Assembly: GCA_023213395.1 (NCBI GenBank)
Contig: CM041465.1
Coordinates: 93,131,741-93,195,740, forward strand
Length of the DNA stretch: 64,000 bases
Direction: 5' to 3'
Source: Cycas panzhihuaensis
Lineage: Eukaryota; Plantae; Cycadophyta
Below are positions 25,326 to 39,555 of this stretch, in pieces. Within the stretch, counting starts at the first letter, position 1. Each line of letters begins with the position of its first letter. Below the pieces are notes generated by a model that was given only the letters and a program-made list of their open reading frames with translations, was not told the origin of the DNA and made no database searches. The translations under genes were made by a program, and so were the position numbers.

Positions 25326-26330
25326 ATCTCACATAGACCCTAATCTTTATATTTAAATTAAGGGAGACTTTATCCTAATAGTTACACTCTTTGTGGATGA
25401 TCTTATATATACTGGAAATGACTCCCACTTATTATGGCACTTTTAAGGATGCTATGTGTAATAAGTTTGAAATGGCAGATTTGGGACTAATGCATTACTT
25501 CTTAGGCTTGGAAGTATGGTAAGACAAGAAGGGCATCTTCATTTCCTAATGAAAATATACCCTATATTTATTATAAAAGTTTAGGATGACTAACTATAAA
25601 TCTTTGGCAACTTTAGCATAAATTGGAATTAAGCTCTCCAAGTTAGATGATTCCACACTAGTTGACCCTACACTCTATAGATAACTAATCAACAACTTGA
25701 TCTATTTGATATCCATTCAACCTGATATAACACATTCAATTAGTGTTATGTCTAGATTCATGCAAGATCTAAAGACCACTCATTGGCAAGCAGTTAAAAG
25801 AATTCTTTGTTATCTCAAAGGAACTTTAAAATATGGGTTATACTATAAAGCTTCATCAAAATTTTGGCTGATAGGTTATACAAACTTAAATTAGGTAGGA
25901 GATATTAATGATAGGAAATCAACTTTAGGTTATATGTTTAGTATGAGATCAATAGATATAACATGGAGTACCATGAAGAAAAGCATAGTTTCCCTCTCTA
26001 CAGCTGAGGTAAAGTATAAAGTAGCAATTGTAGGTATATATGAATAAGTATGGTTTAGAAGCCTTCTTTAAGATTTTCATCTAAAATAAAAAGGTCCCAC
26101 AAGAATTTGATGTGACAATCAAAGTACTCTTCAAATGGTAAAGAATCTAATTTTTCATGGAAAAAAAAAACACATTGAGACTCAGCATCACTTCATTCAA
26201 GAGTTAGTACAAGTAGAAAAGATTGAATTGGCTTATTATAGCACTGAAGACCAAGTTACAAATATCTTCACAAAAGCATTAGGCAAAGTCAAATTTCAAA
26301 AATTTAGAGACAATTTGGGAATTGTTCACA
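25326..26330 (+). pseudogene. Element A RT (3' part) and RNase H
   Basis: LFVDDLIYTG, FEMADLGLMHYFLG, HWQAVKRILCYLKGT, CDNQS, KHIETQHHFI and DQVTNIFTKAL resume the RT after the GAAAG TSD. Confidence 0.95.
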
Positions 26331-26716
26331 TTGGGCATTATGGGGGAGAATGTTGGGATAATACCCAATGCTCCTATGTCAATGTGCACCTAGGGCCCCT
26401 CAAAGTCACCTTAGGCCTCCCTAGGTCACCTTGGGCCATATAACAACCACCACCAGTCACCAAAGGAGCTAATGCATCACTATTAAGGTACGTGTTTAAT
26501 TATTGCATATTATTTTTTAATATTATTTTGAATTCCTAATATGTCAAGTTGAGGTGCTTACTACCTCCCCAAAATTACCTATAAATGGGGTGGGAATACC
26601 TCCCTGGTATTTTTTAACACCTCCAAAGTTTTAATTAGAAATATTAACTTTCATTTGTGAACTATGCACTCGCTATTGTGAACGGTTCTACTCTACACCT
26701 CATGTCCATCATGATT

Positions 26717-29700
26717 ATGTTGGGCACTAGTTTAGTGTAATAGGCATATGTGTGAGTGTACTGGGTGAGTCAAAGTAGATGTAAAGATGGAAAACATAAT
26801 AGTGTAGCCTTGTAACAAGGAAATAAACTATTAATTATGTTTCAGTGATTGAAACCTAGAAGTGACCATGAAATTGCATGGGATTAGTTGGTAAACACCC
26901 ATAATTATTGGCAATGTCCTCATAAGCTATCCATGGTTAAGCATGATAAACATTTAAGGTTCCTTGGTTGATGATAATTGTATATAACTATGTTAGAAAT
27001 GTATCATAGTTGGCACCTGGTAATTGTTTAACAAAATGGCTAAAAGAGTGTAATTATTATGGCAATAGGTAAGTGAGTAACCAAATCAAATTTGGGAAGG
27101 AAAAAGCTTGGAAAGTCACTTGAAAAATTGATAGCATGGTAGAAAATAAACACCTTAAGATCATCATAAAAACTCATAAATTACATGGTTGTATTGAGAG
27201 TTGTGGCAATTTTTATGAGTAAGTATGTAGAAGAAGAATGTAGGAGTAGGGTGCATAAAGTTGAAAACAACTAGAGCTATTTTGTAAGTTAAATTTTTAA
27301 AGTTTGTAGCTAAAATTTAATACATTGGTAGAGAATTAATGCCTTGACCGTGTGGATAAATTTTATTAATTATTCATGATCAAGCTAAGAGAAATCTTGA
27401 ATTGAAGATGTCACTTGCCAAATGTTTAACAAATGTCCCAATGAAGTGTGGAATTATAGTAGAAAACTAGACATTAGTTGAAGTATTTCTATTTCAAATT
27501 TTGGTCTAATAATTGGTGTTCATGTAGGTAAATACCACTCCTACATGTTGACCAAATTTGATAAATTTTCCATTCTCTATTAATAAGTTGGATTTAGATA
27601 AACTTGGAGCACTTAAGTTATTGGCAGGGTCTATTTCCTATAAACAGAGCTACCATGGTGGTATTTAAAATGATAGATTGGTAGTCTTTGTGTTTGTCAT
27701 TGATCTTAATATATATCTAATAGGTATTATGAAGCTTTCCCAGACTATTATTTTAATTCCAATAGTTAGAAGAAATGTTCATATGGCCCAGTTAAGTGGT
27801 TCTTACATCTTGCATATTAATTTCAAAATTTCATACTATAATTCCAACATCTTATAAGATGATTTTATAAGATGGTATGGCACTTATTAATTAGTTCACT
27901 TTAGAATTTTGTAGCTTGCAATTATTGGATTATAGCATGTGTAATGGATTAACAATGGTTCTATTTTATAATCTGATTATATGGCACTCTCTAACTTAAA
28001 GGCATGGCATTAGAAATAACTAATTAGAATGATTGTGTAGCTCTTGATAATCACAACATGACAACAGGGTGTCAAATCTAGTAATGTAAGTTGAAATTTA
28101 GCCTTATGATGAAGATAGCTAGAGGCATTAAAAATATCCTCCATGTGAAGTGTAGAGGTCGAAACCAAAATAACTAGTCTAGTCACAATTATAAACGCAA
28201 GGTAAGAACCAAGACCTACAAATCATTTTGAATTTTCATAGGGCAATGCCCACAAAGGAGTTACACCAAGTAAAGTATTTCTTTATATTACTATTTTATT
28301 CCTGCCTATTGGCCTTATGCATATTAATGAGGTGAATTGATTAGAAGATATCATAATCTTATGTTATGAGTTCTAGCCTATATGAGTTGGGCGAAAGCAA
28401 ATATAAAACAATAAATATAGAAATCCTTAAATGATATCTCTATAAAAAATAGTGTCTAGTTGATATAGATGTGATGATAGAAGTATTGTAGACATAAAGT
28501 TGAATTGTTCTAATAAAACTAAAAGGAGAAAGGGGGTTGTGACAAATGTTTAAAATAAATAAAAAGTGAAAGGATAATATACAACCATAAAGGAAGCTAC
28601 AAAGAAAAGTATAGGATGGTATGCATAGCAGAAACATAATTAGTTGTAGTAAGACAAATCATATTAGGATAATGTTTTCTCTAAGGGGAGGGGGAATGTA
28701 AGCACCCAACCCCAAGATGACTTAAGCTTGAACTATAGTCCTTGTTAGATAGGTGATTATACAATAAAGTATCCAAGTAATTACTTCTTCTTCTACTACT
28801 ACTCCTTTTCTTCTTCCTCTCCTTACTAAATAGTATAGTGTAAGTATTATTATTTTCGTTCATCATTCACCTTACATACGGTAACAACCTCTTTTATGCT
28901 TAACCATGTGTGAGGGTGCACCACTTTATATTTCTTATTCATCTTTATCAGATGGAAGTTTATTGTGTATTCCACTAGGTGCTAAGATGCACCACCTTGA
29001 GTCTTGTTGAGTATGTAGTTGTTTAATATGTGACTATATTATAGGGTGTTGGATTTTTATGCTAATAATTGCTTGATGTAACTTATATTTTATTGTAACT
29101 TTCATTAATACAAAAGCTAATTGAATTACTTCTAATGGATAGATATATAAGGGAATAGATAATATGAGTGAAGGAGGAGCGATCAGGTAGATATAGTCAT
29201 GGATAGTAGGCAAGTACAAGGAGGAAATAAAAAGTTCATTGGATACATATGATTCTAAAATCCATAAAGAGGGAAAATTCATATGATGATAAAATAAGCT
29301 AAATAGCATAAATTTCAAGAGGAAGCATCATTGAATGATAGCATATACTTTTGGCTTTCCATTAACTAGTAGATCATCAAAAATGAAGTCCTAAGCAAAA
29401 AATTACGATAGGCTAAAGTGTCCTTGTAAAGAATATCTTTACTCATGTCCCCATAAATGGAAATGTTAATAAGGTGGTTCAGGTGACTCAATCTTGAAAC
29501 TATGAAATGGGGGGGATTTGCAAAGGAAACACTCATAACCTTGCAAATGAACACATAAGCATAGGTTATCTAATCTTAAAAAAGTGAAATGTAGGGAATA
29601 TAAAGGAACTAACCTATAACCCCCCAAATGAGCATGCGAGCATGGGTTATTCAACCCCTCAATTGCAAAATGTAGGAAAACATAAAGGAAATCAACCACA

Positions 29701-30583
29701 TACCCATAAATAGGTCTATAAGTGTAAATTTCCACCTAAAAAGTTTACAAAATTATGAAAATAAAGGGACAATAATCATAGGTAATGTTCTAGCTAATAA
29801 ATATTGCATTAAATGATAAATTCACCTCATACTAGTCATATTAAAAAAGTATTAATGGCATCTTTATACTTGAATAAAGAGAAAATTCCTAGAAACCCTC
29901 TATGAGGAGATAGGTGTGGAAATGGAGGTAATGGAAAGTTAGTAATTATGCTAACTAAAGCAAATATGAGCATACTTTTGGCAAGCCACTTTGTGTACTA
30001 GCAACATATTAAATTTAGATTAACCCCTTAATATTAATGGCATCATAATAGAAAACTAAACATAAGAAGACATGACCTTTTTTAGAGTTTTGATACTATT
30101 CTAGATGGGCAATTAAAGAATTTTTAGAACATCTTTTGGCTTTTAAGGGAGACATATGTGATGTATCTTAGCTAGGAAAGGAGTTAGGAAGCAAATAATA
30201 TGGAGTTTAAATTATGCTATAGACTGAATGAATTATTAATTAGAAGGGAAAAGATGGCAGTAGAGTTAGAAATACATAGGGTTGTATTATAAAGTTTAGC
30301 AACTTGGTAAGTGAACTTGTTTCTCATATTATATATTTAGCTATGATAGTTGGACAAGCTCAATTGATAGTAGAGAACGTAGAAGAGGCATACATGATTT
30401 TTGGACTAAAACTTAGATGGGATATGCTTTAGCATAAAAAGGCAATTATATTGAAGTTTAGATCAACTAAAAACTTGATTTTGATAGGGAATTTGTGGGT
30501 CAAGTTTATGATACTTGAATTGAAAGTGATTCTACTTAACATTCCAATGGTTTTATAGTGAACACAACTATCTTATGAAGGGA
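26717..30583 (+). mobile_element. Old gypsy-like LTR and internal remnants, the insertion substrate for elements A and C
   Basis: The motif gggcactagttta flanks element A on both sides. PPT aaggggagggggaa followed by TGTAAG at ~28683-28702, with only weak gag-like remnants. Boundaries unresolved. Confidence 0.35.
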
Positions 30584-30588
30584 GATGG

Positions 30589-33500
30589 TGCTAAAACATA
30601 ATGTTTAATGTTGATTTATATATCTTGTTAAGTGTCCCCCTTAACTCTCATAAGTATTTTTTTAATATAATACTGAAATATATACATGTAAATAACACCT
30701 ATTCATGTAAATATCTCCATTGGTGGACTTAAGGGCTCTTACATCTTATTGGTCAAGTATGAGGTCAAATGTACTATAAGTATATATTCATGCTTAATGC
30801 AATAATTTGGAAAGTGATCATTTTCCCATATCTTATTGTATTATATTTTTATACATCCTTTATTTTTAATTTGTTTCATTTATCATTTTATCTTAACCCT
30901 CATCCTTGTATCGTAGTTTCAAATAATATTTTCATCATAGTTTCAAAGCCAATTTTTAAAACCGTATGTTTTAACATGGTATTATAGCAATTTTGGTACT
31001 TATTTTGGCATGGTATCAGAGCAATTATGGTACATATTTTTTAACATGGTATTAGAGTAGGATTGAATCCAAGCTACCATGGTGAGGTGAAGATCCTGTC
31101 AATTAAGCCTATGGCACCTATGACAAGAGCTGGATATGAGGTATTTTTTTTATTAATTAGTAGTATGCTATGCTAATAACATATACGATAGATTACAAGG
31201 TAGAAGGAGCCAGTCAATGCCGTATATAAGATAGTTATAACAAATACTGATGGTATGTTTATATATGATTTTAAATGTAAATTTATTTTATGCATGTTTG
31301 GCCATTTTCTATAAAACATATAGGTATTCATAGCCATCCACATGATATGATTATATTTAGTTGATAAGTGAAGGCTTTTGTGAGTGTCCTTTAATGGATT
31401 CACTATCACTTATGATCTATTCTAGAGGCATTTATGAGTGTCTCACAATGAGATTCACTACCAAAATAAGGACAACCTATTAGTACACATGAAGTAAGAA
31501 GTAGACTTGTATAATAGCTTGTTAATAGGTATAAATAGTTTGTAACAACACTAGAAAGATATGTGACAACTCATATTTAAACAACATGATATGATATAAT
31601 ATTATGATCTTAATATATGCAATATTTACAAGGGCAATTTCATTGTAGCAATTTATATCAATAATTAACATATACATGAATGAATTTGGTGTATATAGCA
31701 TGAATTATTTATGGGAGCATGAGAAAGCTTTTTACAATAGTATAATTTTTATATAGACATGATTGTATTTTATTGATGGCTTTATATGAGGGCATGACTA
31801 CCTATGTGTTATGATGGAATATCAAATCCTACATGATGACATGAAAGAAAATAATAATAATATGGGCATGAAATATTAAGGGATTATGTTGAATATGTAT
31901 ACATTAGATATATCTATTTAATGCATATGACATATATGTGAAGGAATTTCATTTGGATTAATAAATATATTATTGATGGGGATAACTTTATTGGATTATT
32001 GAGTCAAGAATAGAGATCCCCAATCAACAACTACCTCTTATCTATGAAGATTTCACATGATGGTAGGTCTAAGTAGACAATCCCAACTTACTAAGGCTAT
32101 TAACACCATATTGGTTACTATTGAATGTAATGCATTCACTATCCTTTCCATGTTGGAATGGAACTCATAGTTTGAAGATCATGGCTTTCAAAACCCATTT
32201 TACACCACTATGAATAAAGATGCCTACCCTTACACTCAGCCACCATTAATATGCCATAGACTATTATCACATACTTATGCCTAACTAGATTGTAACTGGC
32301 CTTCTCAATTACCACAACTACAATTAATCACGTTACCTATTAGATACATAGTAGATCTAAGAATAATTGGCTCACATAAAGAATGCACAACTATTGATAA
32401 AACCATCAATGGGAATAATCGATGAAAATTAGAAATTTGTTGCCATTTAATTTGGTGAGCTCACATGTAGATGCTTAGAGATTTAATAATTGCATATCAC
32501 CCTATTATGCTCCTCCATACAAACCTACAAATAAATGTCCACATAGTCAACGGTGGCCTTACAAAGATTGCATCATAATTTATAATAGCATGAACTGCTC
32601 TTATGCCCTCCACAGAGATGAACAAATGGAGTCGTAGAGATTTATCAATTGTAGATAGAGATTAATTAATGAAAATACAAATGCACAGTTCTGTAGATGC
32701 AAAATATGTTTGGTTGTAAGATTTTTTTTTTTAAACAAATTTCTTAGATGATAAAAGAATTACATATGGTTTCAAAAATTTAATTAGATTTCATTGTATT
32801 TCAAATCCACTATAGTTCCCTACACATAAGCAAGTAGTCATATAAAGAGCCCATACAATCGAGGGTTAATCCTCAAGGGGGTGAACTTAAAATTTTAATA
32901 CACTAGATTGGATATTTTTTTATTTTTCAAAATTCATATTTTATATTTGATAATATTTCAGTTCCATCATCATTTTATTAAGGATAATACACTTTTTCAT
33001 GGGTCAGTGGCACATTTTATTTTATATCTCATCACTCATGTATCAGAATTAGGGGTCATCAATTACATTGGTTTCATTATTTTGAGATGGTCAAAACGGG
33101 TGGTTATATGACCTAGTTTGGAATTTAGAGGGCTAATATTTTAATCATCAAAATTCATACAAATGATAAAACTTTATAAAAAGTGCATTGCATGACAATT
33201 TTTAGATTTAATTTCTCATATACTATAGTTTTCCAACATTCTTGATAGCATGGTGACATTATTTTTGGTATTTAGAAGTAAAAAAAGAATATTTTTTATT
33301 CAAATTTAAGCAATATTTTTTTTTTTTAATATAAAGGCTCTTAAGAACCCCTTGTACACTTATGAGAGTTCTTTCATGCCAAATCACATTTGGTATTTCT
33401 TGTTGGTAACTATATTATTATTTTTTTAGTAGATGATGCTTCATAAAAGAATATTTTCTACTCTTACCTTAAAGGAACCATAAATTGGTTACCTCAAAAG

Positions 33501-34212
33501 AGAATGAATGAACCATAAATTGGTTGCCTTGATGAGTGAAGCTACTTTGATACTCAACTTATTTACCAGGTAGACTTATTCCTAAAATAAAGTTGATTGT
33601 TTGATTGAACCATGTATCTGAAGGAAGTTCCTCTTCAACTAGTGGTTACAATGGTTAGTTACCCATATATTCTGGTAGATGGACTTTCTTGATATGGACT
33701 TAACAAATTTCCTTTGCAGTATGAAGATATAGCTAGTACCATATGGAGTCAATCTTCATTTGATCTAATAGAATTTTTTACATAATATATTGATGTGACA
33801 TTTAACATCATAGGGGGGGAGGGGTGTTAAAACATAATGTTTAATGTTGCTTTATGTATTTTGTTAAGTGTCCCTCTTAACTCTCATAGGCAGTTTCTTA
33901 TTATGATATTGAGATGTGTGTATGTAAAGCACATCTATTTATGTAAACATCATCATTAGTAGAATTAAGGGTTCTTTCATCTTATTGGTCAAGTATGATG
34001 TCAAATATACTATAAGTATGTATTCATACCTAATGCAATAACTTGGAACGTAATCATTTTCCCATATCTTATTATATTATGTTTTTGTATATGTTTTATC
34101 TTTAGTTTGTTTCATTTATCATTTTATCTTAACCCACATACTTGTATCATACTTTTGAATTATATTTTTATCATGATTTCAAAGCCAATATTTGAAACCT
34201 TATGTTTTAATA
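30589..34212 (+). mobile_element. Non-autonomous copia-like LTR element C
   Basis: 388-bp LTRs at 30589-30976 and 33825-34212, TSD GATGG, iMet PBS, PPT at 33812-33824, no intact gag or pol. Confidence 0.92.
30977..31058 (+). promoter_or_regulatory. Three tandem tRNA-iMet primer-binding sites
   Basis: TGGTATTATAGC at 30977, TGGTATCAGAGC at 31011 and TGGTATTAGAGT at 31047, each preceded by ..CA. Confidence 0.85.
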
Positions 34213-34217
34213 GATGG

Positions 34218-35414
34218 TTGGCTTTTCTAATGAGCATATATATGAATTATTATTCTAATCTTCTTGAACTATTCATGGGTGTTAATGATACATTGTAATA
34301 GAGTGGAGTGAATCCACAAGATTTCTAAGGTATGGAGTGAATCCATATCTCTCTATAGAGTGATGTAAAACCATATTATTTAGTGGTGTGAAACTCTGTC
34401 TAAACTATATAAGGCATAGTAAAACTAGTTAGTCTTAGAAAATAGGAAGAGATCATGTAACATGTGAAATGTTATAGTGACAAGTAAAGAACTACAATAA
34501 TAATTGAGAACTTCCACAACTTATACAACTATAAATAGAATGAATCTACATCTTCATGGGAGTGGAGTGATTCCACATATTGTTACAATGACCAATGAAT
34601 TTAATGATAGTATGAAATAAGAGATTTACAGTAATAGGAGCATACTACAATAGTAAATTGATATGACATGGAATGTGTGAAGCTCCATTTGGCTAGTTGA
34701 TATACATGGTTGTGTGTAACTCTCTTATATCTTAATTTTAATGAAGTGGATGTGGTAGCAAGTTTGAGAAAATTTAAAATAAGGAGATTATAATAATAAC
34801 TATTTGGGTGACTTCTTAGTAGATTGGTTAGGGGGATTATTATGTGATGAGAGATTACTCGTACCCTAGCATTCATATCATGTACTCTAGCTTAGGGGCA
34901 CTATCCTCTTTGGGATCATGAATGGTTGGGTAATGAATCCATCGATTACAATTTGATTAGTTCATATATTTACCACTTATTTATTAATATGTTATCTCTT
35001 TAAGCATGTGATGCCATACTCTCTTATTATTACATTTATACTACTATTAGGAGAAAAAGAAATGGCTTGTATATGTTGTTGTTTCTTTATACTTATCATA
35101 TGTTACTGTTAAAAGGGAACAAATGTTATGTTTATGATTCTTTCTGCACATTACAACTATAAGAAAAAAGGTAATAGTTAATGAATATGTAAGCACCTCA
35201 ATTCATGGTTTGTCACTTCTCTTGGGCTTAGTCTTCCACTAAATTTTAAAATAATTGAGAAACCTTTATAAACTCAAAACAAAATTGAGTAGTGCCATCC
35301 ATTTGAGTTATAATTAATGTGATATCGAGAAAAAGCCTTTTTTTTTTAATCTTCACCTAAGATCAAGATGGGCTATGATAGTTGGTATCAGAGCATAGCA
35401 AGTAGGGCTATGAT
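34218..35414 (+). repeat. Gypsy-type LTR-like segment with repeated GAGTGGAGTGAATCCAC motifs, ending at an iMet PBS
   Basis: Motif copies near 34301, 34333 and 34560. The sequence gggctatgata-gt-TGGTATCAGAGC-atagcaagta-gggctatgata lies at 35370-35414. Confidence 0.5.
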
Positions 35415-36727
35415 AACAACCATATATTTGGTCACTAACCCTCATCTTTTTAAGGTGTATGTTTCATATCACATAGCCTATCCAAGCATGAGGTAGCTAT
35501 CCATAACCCATAGGCATCACACATGTATTAATTATGAAATTTTAAGCTACTTATGTATTAATTTTAAAGATTTAAACTGCTTGTTGTTAATAAGATGATT
35601 TATAGAATCTATAAAAAATGATGTAATACAAGGAACTTGTTTGATAGGTTTGCAACTCCTAATAAGCTTACTTTGTAAACATGCAACCTACAAATCTGCT
35701 TAAATTTGCAATATGCCAACAATGCTACAAATTATAAAGCTTAGCAAAAACTCTACCAATATTGCAGCATATACCTCCCTAGTAATAGATCTACTAACGT
35801 TGCAACATTTAATGCCTTAATAGTAGCTCTCAATAACGCAACTAAGGATGTGCTAGTATCAACCACCAATGTTGCACATGTTTCAAGTTTAGAAACTACT
35901 TTTCAAATCTCAATTGCCACCCTTATAGTAGCCTACCACTCATATAACTTAGAAAATTCTTGTTGGAATCTGTCAATGGTATAACTCATAAATACTTAGC
36001 AATAATCTTCTACTAGTACAACTTATGAAACTCTAACAAGAAGTTGTTAATAAATTCTTTACTAGGTTCTAAACTAAAACTACTTTATTAACTCCTCTAT
36101 TGGTATATATATGCTCTAACTAGGTTTTTCTGCTAAGTTTCTTAACTTCCATACTAGGTTTTAACATTAATTGTAATAGCCCTATTAGCCAATAACATAA
36201 AGTTAAGTTATATTATAAATAACTTAACTTGATGGAAGCCAATAGTAGGGTAATGAAAATAGGTTCAACAAGTTATTAACATACTTAAGGATACTTATTA
36301 GGTTAAAAAATTTTAAGATGCATTGATAGATGTTGCCATTATTATTATTTAGCAAATTTTATAAAATATATTCAAGATCTACCAAACCATCTTCATGCTT
36401 CAAATTAAGCTATAGACTTCAGACCCATAAGACCAACATAAGCTCTCAAACTACATGTTAAAAATTTTAATGAAAATATTATAAGGTAATATGTGATAAT
36501 TTGTTGGAAATAAAATTAGCCACAAAATGTTGTTAACAAAAAACTATAAAATTCTAGCCTTAATCACAATGGCATACCTATCATTAATCTAGTAGAACTT
36601 TGCCCATCAATATGGTTAAACTTTACCCATTAATAATAATGAAAGAAATTAATAATAAATAGCATACATATCCCTTCAAGATTTGTTCAGAAATTGTTCA
36701 TCCTAATGAAGTCTTGTTCCAAGGTCA

Positions 36728-37285
36728 AAAGATCAACCCCTTCACTTCTACAAGTTTTTGTTTGTCATTCTAACTATTGATTTTCAAATCCATGCACACC
36801 TTCTCTCCTTATTTGTCCCCAAATTCTAGAATATTGATGACATGGATCACTTTGAAAAGTAAAACCCACTCATTCTTCACTCTAAATTTGGTTCTAAGGA
36901 TAGCTTTAGACTAAGGCCATATAATCATCTGGCTAATCATTGGGCACACTTGTTACGATTCCTATCACTTTGTGTGTCAAAGATGGTAAGCATGGGAAGG
37001 GCATACACAACCTTATTCAATACAAAAAGGACATCTCAATGGTAATCTAATCAAATCGTCAACTGTTAATTCAACCCAACAAGTGGGCTTCTATGGGATC
37101 TATGACATGCTGTTATGAAAGATTGAAGGCAACCCCTTTGGTAAACACAAATACATCATCGATTTCATTGACTTCAAATGCACCATACTTACCATTTGGT
37201 AATACCAAGCATTTAGGTGTCCATACATTATTTCCAGCCTCCATGTTGCTATGACCAGGAATAATCTTGCCCTTAAATGAATGAC
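36728..37285 (-). pseudogene. Cytosolic leucyl-tRNA synthetase fragment (CP1 editing domain), frameshifted
   Basis: Reads FLVIATWRLEIMYGHLNAW / VLPNGKYGAFEVNE, GIVTSVPND*PDDYMAL and EFGDK*GEKVCMDLKINS*NDKQKLVEVK. Compare LeuRS ATLRPETMYGQTN, VTSVPSDAPDDY and KVCLDLKIKSQNDK. Confidence 0.92.
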
Positions 37286-39142
37286 ACCAATCAACCCCAA
37301 AGCCCAAATATTTCTAAATCATGTTTTGCCAATACTAATAAAAAAATCATGTACCAAGTACTAATAAATTCTCTATTTGGAATTCCCACATCTCTTAGAA
37401 ATATTGTTTCATAGTTAATGGGATAGAAAAGAAAGACAAAAATGCAACTCCATATTTAGGACCAAAATACCTAAAATATATAATAGTCTCATCTTTACAT
37501 GAAAACACAATGAAAAATCAATCTTACATACTTTAGATCTAACCGTTGAAATATGATGAATCAAATATCCAAGAAATGTTTTTTTTTTTTTTTTTGTGCA
37601 AATTTATTATATCACAATGTATAAATTTTTTTAACCCATCTCTCCACATAGTTATTTTTATTGCAAATTTTATTCAACCTTATGTTAAATCTATATTGGC
37701 TCTATAACATCATTACAACTTAAAATTTGCATGAGAAAGGATCTTAGAAAACTCAAATAAATAGAGCCATCATTTATTATTAGAAAGGAGGAAAAGAAAC
37801 ATTAGAAGCTCCTCTAAAATAATCTCCATTAACTAATTAAATAGAAAGACATGTTTATATGATAGGTTATATTCTTATTGAGATTTAGGCCATTAGTAAA
37901 GTTTATTACTAATAATTATAATTAGATCCTTGAGGGAAATAATTATTCTCTTATATCAAGCCTTAAAGAAAGTGAGACTAAAGAGAACAAAATACTTGCT
38001 ATGAATAATATTGGACTACCATAAAGAAATACCCCCCACAAAGTAACATTTTTCTATTATCCGCATTCTAAATTTGTTGTAAACTTGTTAATTCTTCTAA
38101 ATAGATGTAATAACTAATGGTCCTTTAATCTTAAACTTGATTCAACATAACATTATATGATTGAGGGGCACATCTCTCCACTATTTCAAACTTGAATGCA
38201 AATCATTATGTATCATAAAGTCCAAAAGAATTAATCTAAATTAAGAATAAATTAATAAAGAAGACCAGTTTGATTTTATTTAATACTAGTATTTCAATAT
38301 TTTGATTGCCCTTAGTATGTTTTTATTTTACCCCTTTTTTAATAGATTTGCATACACTCTCCAACATAAAAAAAAAATTATATTAATTAATCATGTTGCA
38401 CCAACTATAGTTAGCCCATGGTTAATTTATGTGAAAAATATAAAGCATGGTTTTAGTTACAATGCAACCCCTAGATTCAACCTCTCTATGCCCTTGCCCA
38501 TTCCATGTTACTTGCCATAGTCAATTACATAAGAAGTTTTACTTTTATTGATAAATATATATCATAAAATAATGTTATTATTATTAAAATTAAATATATT
38601 CATCAAAACGTATAATTAATTCCTCTCTAAATGCAATCCATACATTTAATTCTTTTAAAAAGGAAAAAATCTCACATTGGAAAATAAGTCAATCATGTTT
38701 AACTATTAAGTTAGATATCGTGGTTGACCATTATGGAAAAATTAAAATTGAAAATGCAATACATATAAAGAATAATGGTGAGTTAAAGGTATAACAACAA
38801 AGCTCAAAATAAGATAAAGTATGTATAACAAAAGAATATAAGATATGGAGAAGTAGTCAAAATTTAAATTAAAAAGAATGATAGGTAGATACATACTTAC
38901 CATTAGTAAGAAAACCTCATTGGTCAATCTAGAGGTGGCACATATCTCTATGTGGCCCATAACCTCTAATATAAAAATATAAATAATATAGAGGGAGATT
39001 ACATGATGGTTATTATGTAATTGGGTATTATACCTAATATTTCCCCTTGTAATAGTCAATTATATAAATGATTATTACATAAAATAATAAATTTCGAGTC
39101 TTCAAATGAAAGTTAGACTAAATACTATTGAACTTGAATAAA

Positions 39143-39555
39143 AAGCTACTAATATCCATATGAAGTGAAGTCCATCTACCAGAATGCATGAGTAACTAGC
39201 AGTTGCAACTACTAGTTGAGTGGGAACTCCCTTTACATACATGGTTTAATTAACACTAACAAGAGTAACTCTAAAGTAGTTCCACCCCTTACTTATATGA
39301 GAATACAAGTAGTCTTCAAATAAAAAATTGCTAAGTCTATAAACAAACTGAATCATAATCTGTTGTACTAATATAAGAAGCTAATGATATCCATATGAAG
39401 AAAACACCATCTATTAAAATGCATGGATCGTTAGCCACTACAACTACCAATTGAATAGGATGTTCCTTTGTGTACATGGTACTATCAATGTTGGCAAGAG
39501 CAGTTATAAAATGGTCCTACCCCTTGCTCATATGAGAGTGTAAGTAGTCTTAAAA
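39143..39555. repeat. Diverged ~236-bp-period duplication at the 3' end of element E
   Basis: aagcta..atatccatatgaag...aagtagtctt occurs at 39143-39320 and 39378-39555. Confidence 0.75.

Larger units (their letters stand above)
11911..26711 (+). mobile_element. Ty1/copia element A, full length and decayed, ~3-kb 5' leader, contains nested element B
   Basis: LTRs at 11911-12257 and 26351-26711 (TGTTG...CATCA), TSD TGATT on both sides, degenerate iMet PBS at ~12260, PPT gggggagaa at 26342-26350. Confidence 0.95.

Noticed and set aside
30577-30588. Purine tract before the 5' LTR of C suggesting a three-LTR tandem element
   Set aside because: The GATGG TSD on both sides shows that C is a single insertion and the tract belongs to the target DNA.
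34295-34400. Spaced GAGTGAATCCA repeats as a CRISPR-like array
   Set aside because: Few, degenerate and irregular copies in a eukaryotic LTR context with no cas genes.
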